Positions 26,609 to 35,533 of a stretch of 37,789 bases of DNA are shown here, one piece after another. Position 1 is the first letter of the stretch; the number at the start of each line of letters is the position of its first letter. The notes under the pieces were generated by a model. The model worked only from the letters and a program-made list of their open reading frames with translations. It was not told where the DNA came from and did no database searches. The DNA is from Eubacteriales bacterium (GTDB lineage: Bacteria; Bacillota; Clostridia; Oscillospirales; QAKW01), in assembly GCA_045545255.1 (NCBI GenBank), contig JAZQAQ010000225.1, positions 1 through 37,789 on the forward strand, given 5' to 3'. Made by a program: the position numbers and the translations under genes.

Positions 26609-27751
26609 TTACAAATATTTTGATAAAACCTCAGCCGGAACATCCTCCGTTTCGGGCAATTTGATAGCATCATATCCAAGCACCGCATTGATTGCAATCG
26701 GTCCCAAAAAACGTTTACGCAACGTTCCATTCGGAGAATTCAAAAGGTGCTGGGAATAAAAGAGGGTGATTCCGTTTTTCCGGTCCACTAAATGGAACAT
26801 TCCTGCTGCACTTCCCCATCCAAAATCAGTGCTAATACCTTTGATAGGCGCGCGGGTACCAAGACCATAGCCGTGGGTGGTATGCCAGAAATAAGGACGA
26901 GTTTGCTCATTCAACTGATCAGTTTCCATCATATCGACGGTTTCTTTTTTCAGGATCACATCACCGATCCGTAGTGCTTCCAAGAATTTCATATAATCCG
27001 AGACAGTAGAAATACCGCCTGCACCGCCGCTTTCATACAATGCACCAAGCTTATAGGAGTTGGTTTGTTTTCCTATATTTACAGCCACTCCGCGTTCTTT
27101 ATCAAACCGATATTGCTCACAAATCGTATCATATTCTTCTTCGGGCAATAAAAAGGTAGAGCGCGTCATTCCGAGAGGGTCAAAGATGTGTTCTTTTACG
27201 TATTCTCCAAACCGTTGACCGGAGAGAACCTCCACCAAAGCCGCCAAAACATCATGACAGAGGCTATACAACCATTGGGTACCCGGTTCAAAACAAAGTG
27301 GATCTTTTGCCAGACCTCGAATTACCTCGCGGGTAGCACCGTTGCTTGCTTCTTTAGCACACAAAACAGCTTCGGTATCTCTTTTATAAGATAAGCCTGC
27401 GGTCATAGTGAACAAATGCCGGATCGTAATGGGGTTTTCCGCCTTTTTGACCGAGCCATCCTCGCAACGAACAGTCATTTCTGCAAACTCCGGCAGATAA
27501 TCGGAAAGGAGGTCATCCAACTGAAACAGCCCTTTTTCCCAAAGCTGTAAAGCGGCCACACAGGTGATAGCCTTGGAGCAAGAATAAATGTTATACCGCT
27601 CGTCCCCTCTCATCGGGATCTTATTTTCGAGATCATTATAACCACCCAAGCGATGATAAACCTCTTTCCCGTCCTTCATAATCACGCAATCATAGCCGGG
27701 AACGCCAAGTTCCAAAAAATGATCCAGAAGTGTATCTAATTTCTCATACAT
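26609..27751 (-). CDS. Serine hydrolase, beta-lactamase class C / family VIII esterase-like
   Basis: IYSCSK (SxxK), ITIRHLFTMTAGL, FEPGTQWLYS, IFDPLGM, FGWGSAAG. Start placed at ATG 27751 after a GAGGTG RBS. Confidence 0.88.
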   Translation of the reverse strand: MYEKLDTLLDHFLELGVPGYDCVIMKDGKEVYHRLGGYNDLENKIPMRGDERYNIYSCSKAITCVAALQLWEKGLFQLDDLLSDYLPEFAEMTVRCEDGSVKKAENPITIRHLFTMTAGLSYKRDTEAVLCAKEASNGATREVIRGLAKDPLCFEPGTQWLYSLCHDVLAALVEVLSGQRFGEYVKEHIFDPLGMTRSTFLLPEEEYDTICEQYRFDKERGVAVNIGKQTNSYKLGALYESGGAGGISTVSDYMKFLEALRIGDVILKKETVDMMETDQLNEQTRPYFWHTTHGYGLGTRAPIKGISTDFGWGSAAGMFHLVDRKNGITLFYSQHLLNSPNGTLRKRFLGPIAINAVLGYDAIKLPETEDVPAEVLSKYL

Positions 27752-27772
27752 AACAGCCACCTCACCGATAAT

Positions 27773-27801
27773 AGTTTAACATTATGGAATTATAGTGTCA
27801 A
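27773..27801 (-). promoter_or_regulatory. Sigma-A promoter for the serine hydrolase/CE15 pair
   Basis: Minus strand TTGACA-17 nt-TAAACT with an extended TG. Confidence 0.7.
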
Positions 27802-27811
27802 TACAGGCAAC

Positions 27812-27840
27812 TTGATTTTCACTAATCGATATGCTATAAT
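27812..27840 (+). promoter_or_regulatory. Sigma-A promoter for the MBL-fold gene
   Basis: TTGATT-17 nt-TATAAT with an extended TG; AAGGAG RBS downstream. Confidence 0.75.
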
Positions 27841-27866
27841 TTTTAAAAAAGCAAGGAGAAAGTTGA

Positions 27867-28634
27867 ATGAGAATTAACGAACAAATCATCAAAATCATCG
27901 TCCCCTATAAAGATATTTTCACTACCGTATTGATTATCAAAACCGAAGAAGGCGTCGTTTTATTTGACACCGCAACTTATGAAGAAGATGTAAATAACGC
28001 CATCCTCCCTGCCCTTGAGCAAGAGGGTATCGCCAAGGAAGATATAAAGTATATCTTCATCTCTCATAATCACGGCGATCACGCCGGAGGTCTTCCCTGG
28101 TTGATGGAGGCAATCCCGCACGCAACCATTATATCAAACAGCCCTTCCCTTGCTGAAAAATATGCGAACTATACCGTTCAAACCATTGCAGATGGAGAAA
28201 TTTTAGCCGGTTGCCTGCAGCATATCTCTATCCCCGGTCATACCCCTGATGCGGGCGGACTTTTGGATCTGCGCACAAAGACCCTGATGACCGGAGATGC
28301 GCTGCAGGTCTACGGCATCTACGGTTCCGGGAATTGGGGTGCTAACGTCCGCTGGTCAAGCCAGCACTATCCCGCTTTAGAAAGACTGAAGCAAGTGGAT
28401 GCCGAGGTATTGGTAATGGCGCACGATTATCATCCCTGCGGTCAAATCGTAAACGGCAAGGATGCCATCCTCCGTTGCATTGATGATTGCGCAGAAGCGC
28501 TGAACAAGATCAAAGATGCACTTCTTGCCAATCCCAATGCTGACGATGAAACTCTTGCAGCGCAATATAATGCCAATTCTGGACTTCCCAAGGTTGCTCC
28601 CAAAGTCTTTTCAGGTTTAAGAGAGTTAATATAA
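27867..28634 (+). CDS. Metallo-beta-lactamase fold hydrolase
   Basis: LFDT, SHNHGDHAGG (HxHxDH), PGHT, TGDA, MAHD. Confidence 0.9.
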   Translation: MRINEQIIKIIVPYKDIFTTVLIIKTEEGVVLFDTATYEEDVNNAILPALEQEGIAKEDIKYIFISHNHGDHAGGLPWLMEAIPHATIISNSPSLAEKYANYTVQTIADGEILAGCLQHISIPGHTPDAGGLLDLRTKTLMTGDALQVYGIYGSGNWGANVRWSSQHYPALERLKQVDAEVLVMAHDYHPCGQIVNGKDAILRCIDDCAEALNKIKDALLANPNADDETLAAQYNANSGLPKVAPKVFSGLRELI

Positions 28635-28666
28635 AAAAACAAGGTACTGAATGGTACCTTGTTTTT
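28635..28666. terminator. Intrinsic terminator after the MBL gene
   Basis: AAAAACAAGGTAC-TGAATG-GTACCTTGTTTTT. Confidence 0.8.
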
Positions 28667-28728
28667 GGGGAAGGAGAGCACAAATTCAAAACATTTTGAA
28701 TTTGTGACCTATGTGTTCGAACCCCTAC

Positions 28729-28856
28729 ATATTAAATCACACCGCAGGTGTGAATGTAATCAATGCGAAGCATTGTATGTAATCAAGCCCAAAAATGCAC
28801 CTTGCGGTGATGACATACACGCTGTGGCGTGATTACATACCAAGCATTCGGCTTGG
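28729..28856. repeat. Symmetric array of five short hairpins separated by inverted 10-nt linkers
   Basis: Linkers GAATGTAATC (28752) and GTATGTAATC (28775), with reverse-complement copies GATGACATAC (28809) and GATTACATAC (28831). Hairpins at 28737-28753, 28761-28775, 28798-28809, 28818-28831 and 28840-28856. Confidence 0.75.
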
Positions 28857-28859
28857 ATA

Positions 28860-28891
28860 AAAATAAGACAGTCCGAAGACTGTCTTATTTT
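28860..28891. terminator. Intrinsic terminator of the tRNA pair
   Basis: AAAATAAGACAGTC-CGAA-GACTGTCTTATTTT, directly after the tRNA-Arg CCA. Confidence 0.88.
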
Positions 28892-28892
28892 C

Positions 28893-28969
28893 TGGCGCGC
28901 TGAGAGGGACTCGAACCCCCGACCCTCTGCTTAGAAGGCAGATGCTCTATCCAGCTGAGCTATCAGCGC
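28893..28969 (-). tRNA. tRNA-Arg (anticodon TCT)
   Basis: GCGCTGATAGCTCAGCTGGATAGAGCATCTGCCTTCTAAGCAGAGGGTCGGGGGTTCGAGTCCCTCTCAGCGCGCCA folds as a cloverleaf with encoded CCA. Confidence 0.97.
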
Positions 28970-28972
28970 ATT

Positions 28973-29047
28973 TGGAGCGGGTGATGGGAATCGAACCCAC
29001 CTCCTCGGCTTGGAAGGCCGATGCACTAGCCGATGTGCTACACCCGC
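28973..29047 (-). tRNA. tRNA-Gly (anticodon TCC)
   Basis: GCGGGTGTAGCACATCGGCTAGTGCATCGGCCTTCCAAGCCGAGGAGGTGGGTTCGATTCCCATCACCCGCTCCA folds as a cloverleaf with encoded CCA. Confidence 0.97.
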
Positions 29048-29063
29048 AAAATATCGCTAAAAT

Positions 29064-29092
29064 ATATTAGCATAACACAAAACAGATGTCAA
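29064..29092 (-). promoter_or_regulatory. Sigma-A promoter for the tRNA pair
   Basis: Minus strand TTGACA-17 nt-TAATAT with an extended TG and an AT-rich upstream region. Confidence 0.8.
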
Positions 29093-29111
29093 GTATTTTT
29101 TAAAAATTATC

Positions 29112-29145
29112 ATTACTGCGGGAGGCAAATGCCTCCCGCAGTAAT
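29112..29145 (-). terminator. Terminator hairpin after leuS
   Basis: ATTACTGCGGGAGGC-AAAT-GCCTCCCGCAGTAAT (15-bp stem), 5 nt after the stop. Confidence 0.8.
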
Positions 29146-29150
29146 TTTAT

Positions 29151-31556
29151 TTACTTCACGATCAGATTGATCAACTTACCCTTAACGTAGATTACCTTAA
29201 CGATATTCTTGCCTTCCAGAAGTGCAGCGACCTTTTCATCCTTATGAACGATGGCCAGTACATCCTCCTCGGAAGCCTCGGCAGGGATCATCACGCGACT
29301 CTTGATTTTACCCAGAACCTGAACAGCGATCTCCACCTCGGAGGCTTTGGTCTTGGCTTCATCATACTCAGGCCATGGAGCATAGGTCATATCGCCTGCA
29401 AAGCCTGCAGCCTCCCACATCTCTTCGCCCAGATGGGGTGCAAAGGGATAGAGCATCTTAATATAGATCTCCAATTCCTTCTTATTGATGCTGCCCTTGG
29501 CAGAAATCTCGTTGATAAGACTCATCAAGGTGGCAAGAGCGGTGTTCATCTTCAGATGATCGATATCATCCCCCACCTTCTTGATGGTCAGATGGAATGC
29601 ACGCTCCAGCTCGGGAGAGATCTCATCCCCCTCGGTAAGAATATCTACAAGGTTAAAGGATTTCTCCAAGAATCTCTTACAGCCCTTGATGCTGGCAGTG
29701 TTCCAGGGGGCACTCTTTTCGAAGTCACCGATAAACATCTCATAGGTTCTGAGGGTATCTGCACCGTAATCACGGACGATATCGTCAGGATTGACCACGT
29801 TACCGCGAGACTTGGACATCTTCTCGCCGCCCTCACCCAGAATCATACCGTGAGAGGTACGCTTTGCGTAGGGTTCTGCGGTCTTAACAACGCCGATATC
29901 ATACAGGAACTTATGCCAGAAACGGCTGTACAGCAGATGGAGGGTGGTATGCTCCATACCGCCGTTGTACCAATCAACAGGTCCCCAATACTCCAATGCT
30001 TCGGGAGAAGCCAAGGCTTCCTTATTATGAGGATCCATATAGCGCAGGAAGTACCAGGAGGAGCCTGCCCACTGGGGCATGGTATCGGTCTCACGCTTGG
30101 CAGCAGCGCCGCAAACGGGACAGGTGGTATTGACAAAGCTATCCATAGCGGCCAAGGGGCTCTCGCCGTTATCGGTAGGCTCGTAGCTTTCTACGTCGGG
30201 CAGCAGCAAAGGAAGCTGCTCCTCGGGCAGAGCAACGGGACCGCACTTGGGACAATGAACAATGGGAATAGGTTCACCCCAATAACGCTGACGGGAGAAG
30301 ACCCAGTCACGCAGCTTATAATTGGTCTTGGGCTCACCCTTGCCCGTCTTGGCCAGATGCTCAATAATTGCCTTCTTGGCTTCCTCTACGGAAAGATCGT
30401 TCAGAAAGCCGCTGTTCATCATCGTACCGGTGGCAACGTCGGTAAAGGCAGCCTCGGAAATATCGCCGCCTGCCACTACCTGAATGATAGGCAGATCGAA
30501 TACCTTGGCAAATTCATAGTCACGGGTATCGTGAGCAGGAACCGCCATAATCGCACCGGTACCGTAAGACATCAGCACATAGTCAGAAACGAAGATCGGA
30601 ATCTCCTTATCGTTAACGGGGTTAATACCGCAGATACCATCCAGCTTGACGCCGGTCTTATCCTTCACCAGCTCGGTACGCTCAAAATCACTCTTGGCGG
30701 CGGCAGTGTTGCGGTATGCAATAACCTCATCGTAGTTCTTCAACTGATCCTTATAGGTATCGATCAAGGGATGCTCGGGAGCGATAACCATGTAAGTAGC
30801 ACCAAAGAGGGTATCGGGACGGGTGGTATAAACCTCCAACTCAGTACCGACGGTAGTACCAAAACGCACGGTTGCGCCGGTGGACTTACCGATCCAGTTC
30901 AACTGCTGGGTCTTGACGCGCTCGATAAAATCAACGCCCTGCAAGGCATCGATCAGCTTTTCGGCATATTCGGTGATCTTCAGCATCCACTGACTTTTCA
31001 CCTTATGGACAACGGGGCTGGCACAACGCTCGCAAACACCGTTGACAACCTCTTCATTGGCCAAAACAACCTTACAACCGGTACACCAGTTGACGTTCAT
31101 TTCCTTTTTATAAGCAAGACCCTTTTTAAAGAGCTGCAGGAAGATCCACTGGGTCCACTTGTAATACTCGGGATCGGTGGTGTTGACCTCACGGCTCCAG
31201 TCAAAGGAGAGACCCAAGGATTTCAGCTGGCTCTTGAACCGCGCGATGTTATTCTCGGTTACAATGGCCGGATGGATCTTATTCTTGATTGCAAAGTTTT
31301 CGGTAGGCAGACCGAAAGCGTCCCAACCCATAGGATACAGAACGTTATAGCCTTCCATTCTCTTCTTACGGCAGACGATATCAAGCGCCGTATAAGAACG
31401 GGGATGGCCTACGTGCAAGCCCTGTCCGGAGGGATAAGGGAACTCTACCAATGCGTAGAATTTTTCCTTGTTCGGATCCATCTCCACTTTGTAGCTTTCA
31501 TGCTCATCCCAATACTTCTGCCATTTTTTCTCAATAGCACTATACTCGTACTTCAT
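29151..31556 (-). CDS. leuS: Leucine--tRNA ligase
   Basis: [13 protein letters not shown] (HIGH), [15 protein letters not shown] editing domain, [20 protein letters not shown]. Confidence 0.98.
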   Translation of the reverse strand: MKYEYSAIEKKWQKYWDEHESYKVEMDPNKEKFYALVEFPYPSGQGLHVGHPRSYTALDIVCRKKRMEGYNVLYPMGWDAFGLPTENFAIKNKIHPAIVTENNIARFKSQLKSLGLSFDWSREVNTTDPEYYKWTQWIFLQLFKKGLAYKKEMNVNWCTGCKVVLANEEVVNGVCERCASPVVHKVKSQWMLKITEYAEKLIDALQGVDFIERVKTQQLNWIGKSTGATVRFGTTVGTELEVYTTRPDTLFGATYMVIAPEHPLIDTYKDQLKNYDEVIAYRNTAAAKSDFERTELVKDKTGVKLDGICGINPVNDKEIPIFVSDYVLMSYGTGAIMAVPAHDTRDYEFAKVFDLPIIQVVAGGDISEAAFTDVATGTMMNSGFLNDLSVEEAKKAIIEHLAKTGKGEPKTNYKLRDWVFSRQRYWGEPIPIVHCPKCGPVALPEEQLPLLLPDVESYEPTDNGESPLAAMDSFVNTTCPVCGAAAKRETDTMPQWAGSSWYFLRYMDPHNKEALASPEALEYWGPVDWYNGGMEHTTLHLLYSRFWHKFLYDIGVVKTAEPYAKRTSHGMILGEGGEKMSKSRGNVVNPDDIVRDYGADTLRTYEMFIGDFEKSAPWNTASIKGCKRFLEKSFNLVDILTEGDEISPELERAFHLTIKKVGDDIDHLKMNTALATLMSLINEISAKGSINKKELEIYIKMLYPFAPHLGEEMWEAAGFAGDMTYAPWPEYDEAKTKASEVEIAVQVLGKIKSRVMIPAEASEEDVLAIVHKDEKVAALLEGKNIVKVIYVKGKLINLIVK

Positions 31557-31558
31557 TT

Positions 31559-31930
31559 TTATTCCCCCTCTTGATTAATCAAACTTGCCGGGTCAACCCG
31601 ATCTGCATCCGCCCAAAGATGTTCCAACTTATAAAAGTCGCGGGCATCCCGGTGAAATACATGCACAATAAAATAACCGTAGTCCAGCAGCACCCAATTG
31701 GAAGCGGCGGAGCCTTCACGATGAAGAGGCATCATATCCAGTTGCTCCTTCAATTGAAATTCCACCTCATCACCCAAGGTACGGATCTGAGTACCGGAAG
31801 AACCGGAGCAGATAATAAAATAATCTGCCATTACGGTAATCCCGCCCACGTGCAGAATCTCGATATCCATCGCTTTTCTGCTGTCCAGCGCATTTACTGC
31901 TATTTTAACAGCTTCATCCATTCTTTTCAA
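31559..31930 (-). CDS. rsfS: Ribosome silencing factor
   Basis: [33 protein letters not shown]. Confidence 0.95.
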   Translation of the reverse strand: MKRMDEAVKIAVNALDSRKAMDIEILHVGGITVMADYFIICSGSSGTQIRTLGDEVEFQLKEQLDMMPLHREGSAASNWVLLDYGYFIVHVFHRDARDFYKLEHLWADADRVDPASLINQEGE

Positions 31931-33020
31931 GCTCCTTTATTAGATCGTCCCTCGCCGCTAAAGTCTGCGGGTGAAGGAACTGTTTTTTATCATTCAAAGA
32001 TGCAATAATATGATCAAGCAACATTAAGGTGCCGCTTTTCAAATCCCTCTCTCCTGCTTTGCGCAGCACATCAACATCGGGATAAGCACGTGAAGGCTCA
32101 CAACTATCAGCAAAAAAGAGTAGCATTTCCAAATCTGTCATACAGGGTTTACCCGTTGTATGACATTCGATTGCAGCACAAATTTCTTCGTCATCGGCAC
32201 CTAAAACCTCACGAGCAAAGACTGATCCGGTTCGTTGGTGCAGGACCTGCGGACAAGCAAGATCATCTTCGCTCAAGGAAATTCCGTGCTCGCTTGCAAA
32301 CTGCAGATGCCATTCTTTTGAATAACATTTTGTGCAATCGTGCAAAAGTCCTGCAAGATATGCCCGCCGGGAATCAATACCCAATTTTTTTGCAAGCGAA
32401 CGCGCATATTCTGCCACCTGCATCGTGTGGCGCAGTCGCTTTTCATCCATTTCACGCCCCATATGCGCCATCGCACGCTCCGCAAGCCCTCCGCCTACGG
32501 CACGAAGTTCACTCGAGGCACAAACAAGTGGTTTATTCTTGCAAAGGATAATTCCTTTACACTCGAACTCGCGTTCCAACCATACTTTGCATTCATTCAA
32601 TTGATCCTGATCGCCAATCTCTCGCGATCCTACGACTAAAATCAATTGCCGCAGCAGCCGATCGGCGCAATACCATCGATGAAAGCTCAAAAACATATCG
32701 CTTCCGATCAATAGATAAAAGGTATCATTCGGATATTCTGCCTGTAATGCATCGACAGTCTCGATGGTATAGCTCCGTCCACCTCGTTTTTGCTCGATAT
32801 CAAGAATTTCGAGACCCGAAATATCGCCAAATCGATCACACAGGAGAGCTTTTCTCGCCTCAAAAGAGAGAGTGGGACGATGATCCTTATGCGGAGGTAT
32901 ATAAGATGGGATCAAAAAGACCCGATCAAACCTCTCTTGCTGCAAGGCGGCATCCATAAGATGACGATGCCCCTCGTGCGGCGGATCAAAGGTTCCGCCA
33001 AACAACAATATTTTTCCCAT
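31914..33020 (-). CDS. nadD: Fusion of nicotinate-nucleotide adenylyltransferase (NadD) and HD-domain Ap4A hydrolase (YqeK)
   Basis: GGTFDPPHEGH, SYTIET, LIGSD, SSELR; then RLRHT, LLHDCTK, HTTG, ADSCEPSR in the same frame. Start at ATG 33020, next to the yhbY stop. Confidence 0.92.
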   Translation of the reverse strand: MGKILLFGGTFDPPHEGHRHLMDAALQQERFDRVFLIPSYIPPHKDHRPTLSFEARKALLCDRFGDISGLEILDIEQKRGGRSYTIETVDALQAEYPNDTFYLLIGSDMFLSFHRWYCADRLLRQLILVVGSREIGDQDQLNECKVWLEREFECKGIILCKNKPLVCASSELRAVGGGLAERAMAHMGREMDEKRLRHTMQVAEYARSLAKKLGIDSRRAYLAGLLHDCTKCYSKEWHLQFASEHGISLSEDDLACPQVLHQRTGSVFAREVLGADDEEICAAIECHTTGKPCMTDLEMLLFFADSCEPSRAYPDVDVLRKAGERDLKSGTLMLLDHIIASLNDKKQFLHPQTLAARDDLIKELEKNG

Positions 33021-33021
33021 A

Positions 33022-33306
33022 TTATAATTGAATAATCGGTTTTTCCGCAGGGCGATACAGGACGATCTTTGTTCCGATAACGGTAACAACGATACTATTG
33101 GTAGCAGCGGCGATCTCCTCTGCCGCCTCTCTACGATCTACCATTGCGTTTTCCAGCACTCTGAATTTAATCAGCTCGCGCGCAGCCAGTGCTGCATCGA
33201 CAGATTTAATAAAATTCTCCGTAATGCCTTCTTTACCAAGCTGAAAAATCGTATCTTCTTTAGAGGCGAGTCCACGCAATTTTGCTCTTTGCTTACTGGT
33301 CAGCAT
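33022..33306 (-). CDS. yhbY: Ribosome assembly RNA-binding protein YhbY (CRM domain)
   Basis: MLTSKQRAKLRGLA, QLGKEG, RELIK, VIGTKIVLYR. Confidence 0.95.
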   Translation of the reverse strand: MLTSKQRAKLRGLASKEDTIFQLGKEGITENFIKSVDAALAARELIKFRVLENAMVDRREAAEEIAAATNSIVVTVIGTKIVLYRPAEKPIIQL

Positions 33307-33895
33307 TATAATACTCCTTTAGTTTTTTCACAAACTCACGCAGGGCGTTCCCGCGGTGACTGATCGCATTTTTGGCCTCCCCTTCCATTTCGGCGGTAGT
33401 CATTTCATAACCGTCCGGCAGAAAGATGGGGTCATAACCGAAACCATTCGTTCCGCGAGGTTCTTGGGTCAACTGACCAAAGACATATCCCTCTGCTTTC
33501 AAAACTGTGTCGTCATTCAACACACAGCATATGGAAGAGGTAAAATGAGCAGCCCTATTCTCTTCTCCTTCCATATTCTTTAACAGAAGGTACATACGAC
33601 CCGGGTCATCATAACCATCGCCACCATAACGGGCGGAATAGATCCCCGGCTCACCGCCCAAAGCATCCACACAAATTCCGCTGTCATCCGCGACGCTGGG
33701 TAGTTTACAAATATCATAGACTGCTTTTGCCTTGATGTAAGCATTTTCCGCAAAAGTAGTCCCGGTCTCCTCTGCGTCGCAGATAATTCCCATCTCCTTC
33801 AGGGACACACACTCAATTCCGAGAGGAGAAAGGATCTTCTTAAATTCCACGACCTTATGCGGATTATTGGTTGCAATTACAAATTTCTTTTCCAT
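33293..33895 (-). CDS. rdgB: Non-canonical purine NTP pyrophosphatase (RdgB/HAM1)
   Basis: ATNNPHK, TFAENAYIKA, ADDSG, PGIYSARY, GFGYDPIF, KNAISHRG. Confidence 0.95.
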   Translation of the reverse strand: MEKKFVIATNNPHKVVEFKKILSPLGIECVSLKEMGIICDAEETGTTFAENAYIKAKAVYDICKLPSVADDSGICVDALGGEPGIYSARYGGDGYDDPGRMYLLLKNMEGEENRAAHFTSSICCVLNDDTVLKAEGYVFGQLTQEPRGTNGFGYDPIFLPDGYEMTTAEMEGEAKNAISHRGNALREFVKKLKEYYNADQ

Positions 33896-34608
33896 TATCC
33901 GAGCACCTTATTCTGCACCTTGAAGATCTTGGTACAACCGCCTTTTGCCAGACTGAGAAGGGTATCCAACTGCTTTTTATCAAACTCTTCTCCTTGTGCA
34001 GTACCTTGAATTTCAATAAAGCCGCCGTTGGAGGACATAATCACATTCATATCGGTATCGGCACGGCAATCCTCCTGATAGCAAAGATCCAAGGAAGGCA
34101 CGCCGTCCAGCATTCCTACAGAGATTGCAGCAACTTGCTTTTTGATGGGGTTCTCCTCCAGCTTTCCTTCATCCAACAGCTTTTGAACCGCCAGTGCAAG
34201 GGCAATAAAGCCGCCGCTTATAGAGGCACAGCGAGTACCGCCGTCCGCTTGGATCACATCGCAATCGACAATGATGCTTCTCTCTCCCAATTTAGAAAGA
34301 TCCATCGCACCGCGCAGAGAGCGACCGATCAGTCGCTGAATCTCTGTGCTGCGGGGAGCCTGCTTTAATTTTCCGATATCACGCTTATTGCGCGTGGCAG
34401 TTGCGCGGGGCAGCATAGAATATTCTGCCGTCACCCATCCCTTGCCGGTTCCAACCATATAAGGGGGAACCCCCTCCTCAACAGTTGCGGTACAAATCAC
34501 CTTGGTATTACCCTGGCAATAAAGGACGCTTCCTTCAGCGTGCATTGTATAGTCTTTAATAACTTCGATCTTTCGAAGTTGTTTTTCTGTTCGTCCGTCA
34601 ATTCTCAT
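33895..34608 (-). CDS. rph: Ribonuclease PH
   Basis: AEGSV, GWVTAEYSMLPRAT, EIQRLIGRSLR, DCDVIQADGGTR, EIQGTA. Confidence 0.97.
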   Translation of the reverse strand: MRIDGRTEKQLRKIEVIKDYTMHAEGSVLYCQGNTKVICTATVEEGVPPYMVGTGKGWVTAEYSMLPRATATRNKRDIGKLKQAPRSTEIQRLIGRSLRGAMDLSKLGERSIIVDCDVIQADGGTRCASISGGFIALALAVQKLLDEGKLEENPIKKQVAAISVGMLDGVPSLDLCYQEDCRADTDMNVIMSSNGGFIEIQGTAQGEEFDKKQLDTLLSLAKGGCTKIFKVQNKVLG

Positions 34609-34618
34609 TTATTTCACC

Positions 34619-35524
34619 TCAAAACAAAGCCTTTGCAAAATCATAGCCATTGAAAGGCTGCAGGTCATCCATCTGCTCCCCTACTCCGACAAAACGAATC
34701 GGCAAGCCCATCTCCACCTTCAAAGGAATCGCCATACCGCCCTTTGCAGTTCCGTCCAGTTTGGTTAAAATCACACCGGTCAAAGCAGTAACCTTCTTAA
34801 ATTCGGCCGCTTGATTCATTGCATTCTGCCCCGTGGTGGCATCCAATACCAAAAGCACCTCAGTATCGGCATCGGGAAGCTGACCGGCAATTACCTTTTG
34901 AATCTTTGCCAACTCCCCCATCAGATTCGCCTTATTATGCAGACGACCCGCTGTATCACAGATGATCAAATCGCAATTTCTTGATTTTGCGGCTGAAATG
35001 GTGTCAAAAACGACGGCCGCAGGATCAGCACCTTGCCGGCTCTTAATAATATCGACACCCACACGGTCTGCCCATTCCGAAAGCTGCTCTGCAGCAGCGG
35101 CACGAAAGGTATCAGCAGCACCGAATATCACCTTTTCACCTTGATCTTTATAAATCTTCGCTAATTTTGCGGCAGTAGTAGTCTTGCCGACACCGTTAAC
35201 ACCGATCATCAGAATAACAGACGGTTTCGTTTCCAGCTTCAGAGGAGATATATCCTCTTCCATCATCCCACCGATAATCTCCACCAATCTGGTTTTGATC
35301 TCTTCCGGCTTTGTGATCCGACCCTGACGAACATCCTTGCGCAGTCGTTCGATGATCTCCATCGTGGTATCAACGCCGATATCCGCCATAATCAGTGCTT
35401 CTTCCAGTTCTTCGAAAAGATCCTCATCGATCTTTCCGAAAGCGGCGAGCACCGCGTCGATTTTAGAAGAAATATTTTGAGAGGTCTTAAAAAGCCCCTT
35501 CTTCAGTTTTTCAAAAAATCCCAT
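34619..35524 (-). CDS. ftsY: Signal recognition particle receptor FtsY
   Basis: GVNGVGKTT, DTFRAAA, DTAGR, DATTGQN, TKLDGTAKGG. Confidence 0.97.
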   Translation of the reverse strand: MGFFEKLKKGLFKTSQNISSKIDAVLAAFGKIDEDLFEELEEALIMADIGVDTTMEIIERLRKDVRQGRITKPEEIKTRLVEIIGGMMEEDISPLKLETKPSVILMIGVNGVGKTTTAAKLAKIYKDQGEKVIFGAADTFRAAAAEQLSEWADRVGVDIIKSRQGADPAAVVFDTISAAKSRNCDLIICDTAGRLHNKANLMGELAKIQKVIAGQLPDADTEVLLVLDATTGQNAMNQAAEFKKVTALTGVILTKLDGTAKGGMAIPLKVEMGLPIRFVGVGEQMDDLQPFNGYDFAKALF

Positions 35525-35533
35525 TTAAGCTCC

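Noticed and set aside
26609-28634. Beta-lactam resistance locus
   Set aside because: Both proteins have only the general folds and lack signal peptides; most members of these families are esterases or other hydrolases.
28729-28856. CRISPR array interpretation of the repeated 10-mers
   Set aside because: The repeats are only 10 nt, switch orientation midway and have 12-13 nt palindromic spacers, and there are no cas genes in the window.
28635-29150. Prophage or integrative element at the tRNAs
   Set aside because: No integrase, transposase or clear direct repeat is present; only the weak scar listed under findings.
29244-31574. 776-aa plus-strand ORF antisense to leuS
   Set aside because: It mirrors a conserved gene codon for codon and has no recognisable motifs. 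Codon bias in the sense gene explains the lack of antisense stops.
33021-33089. N-terminal extension of the nadD ORF in the supplied track
   Set aside because: It overlaps yhbY. NadD homology begins at ATG 33020.
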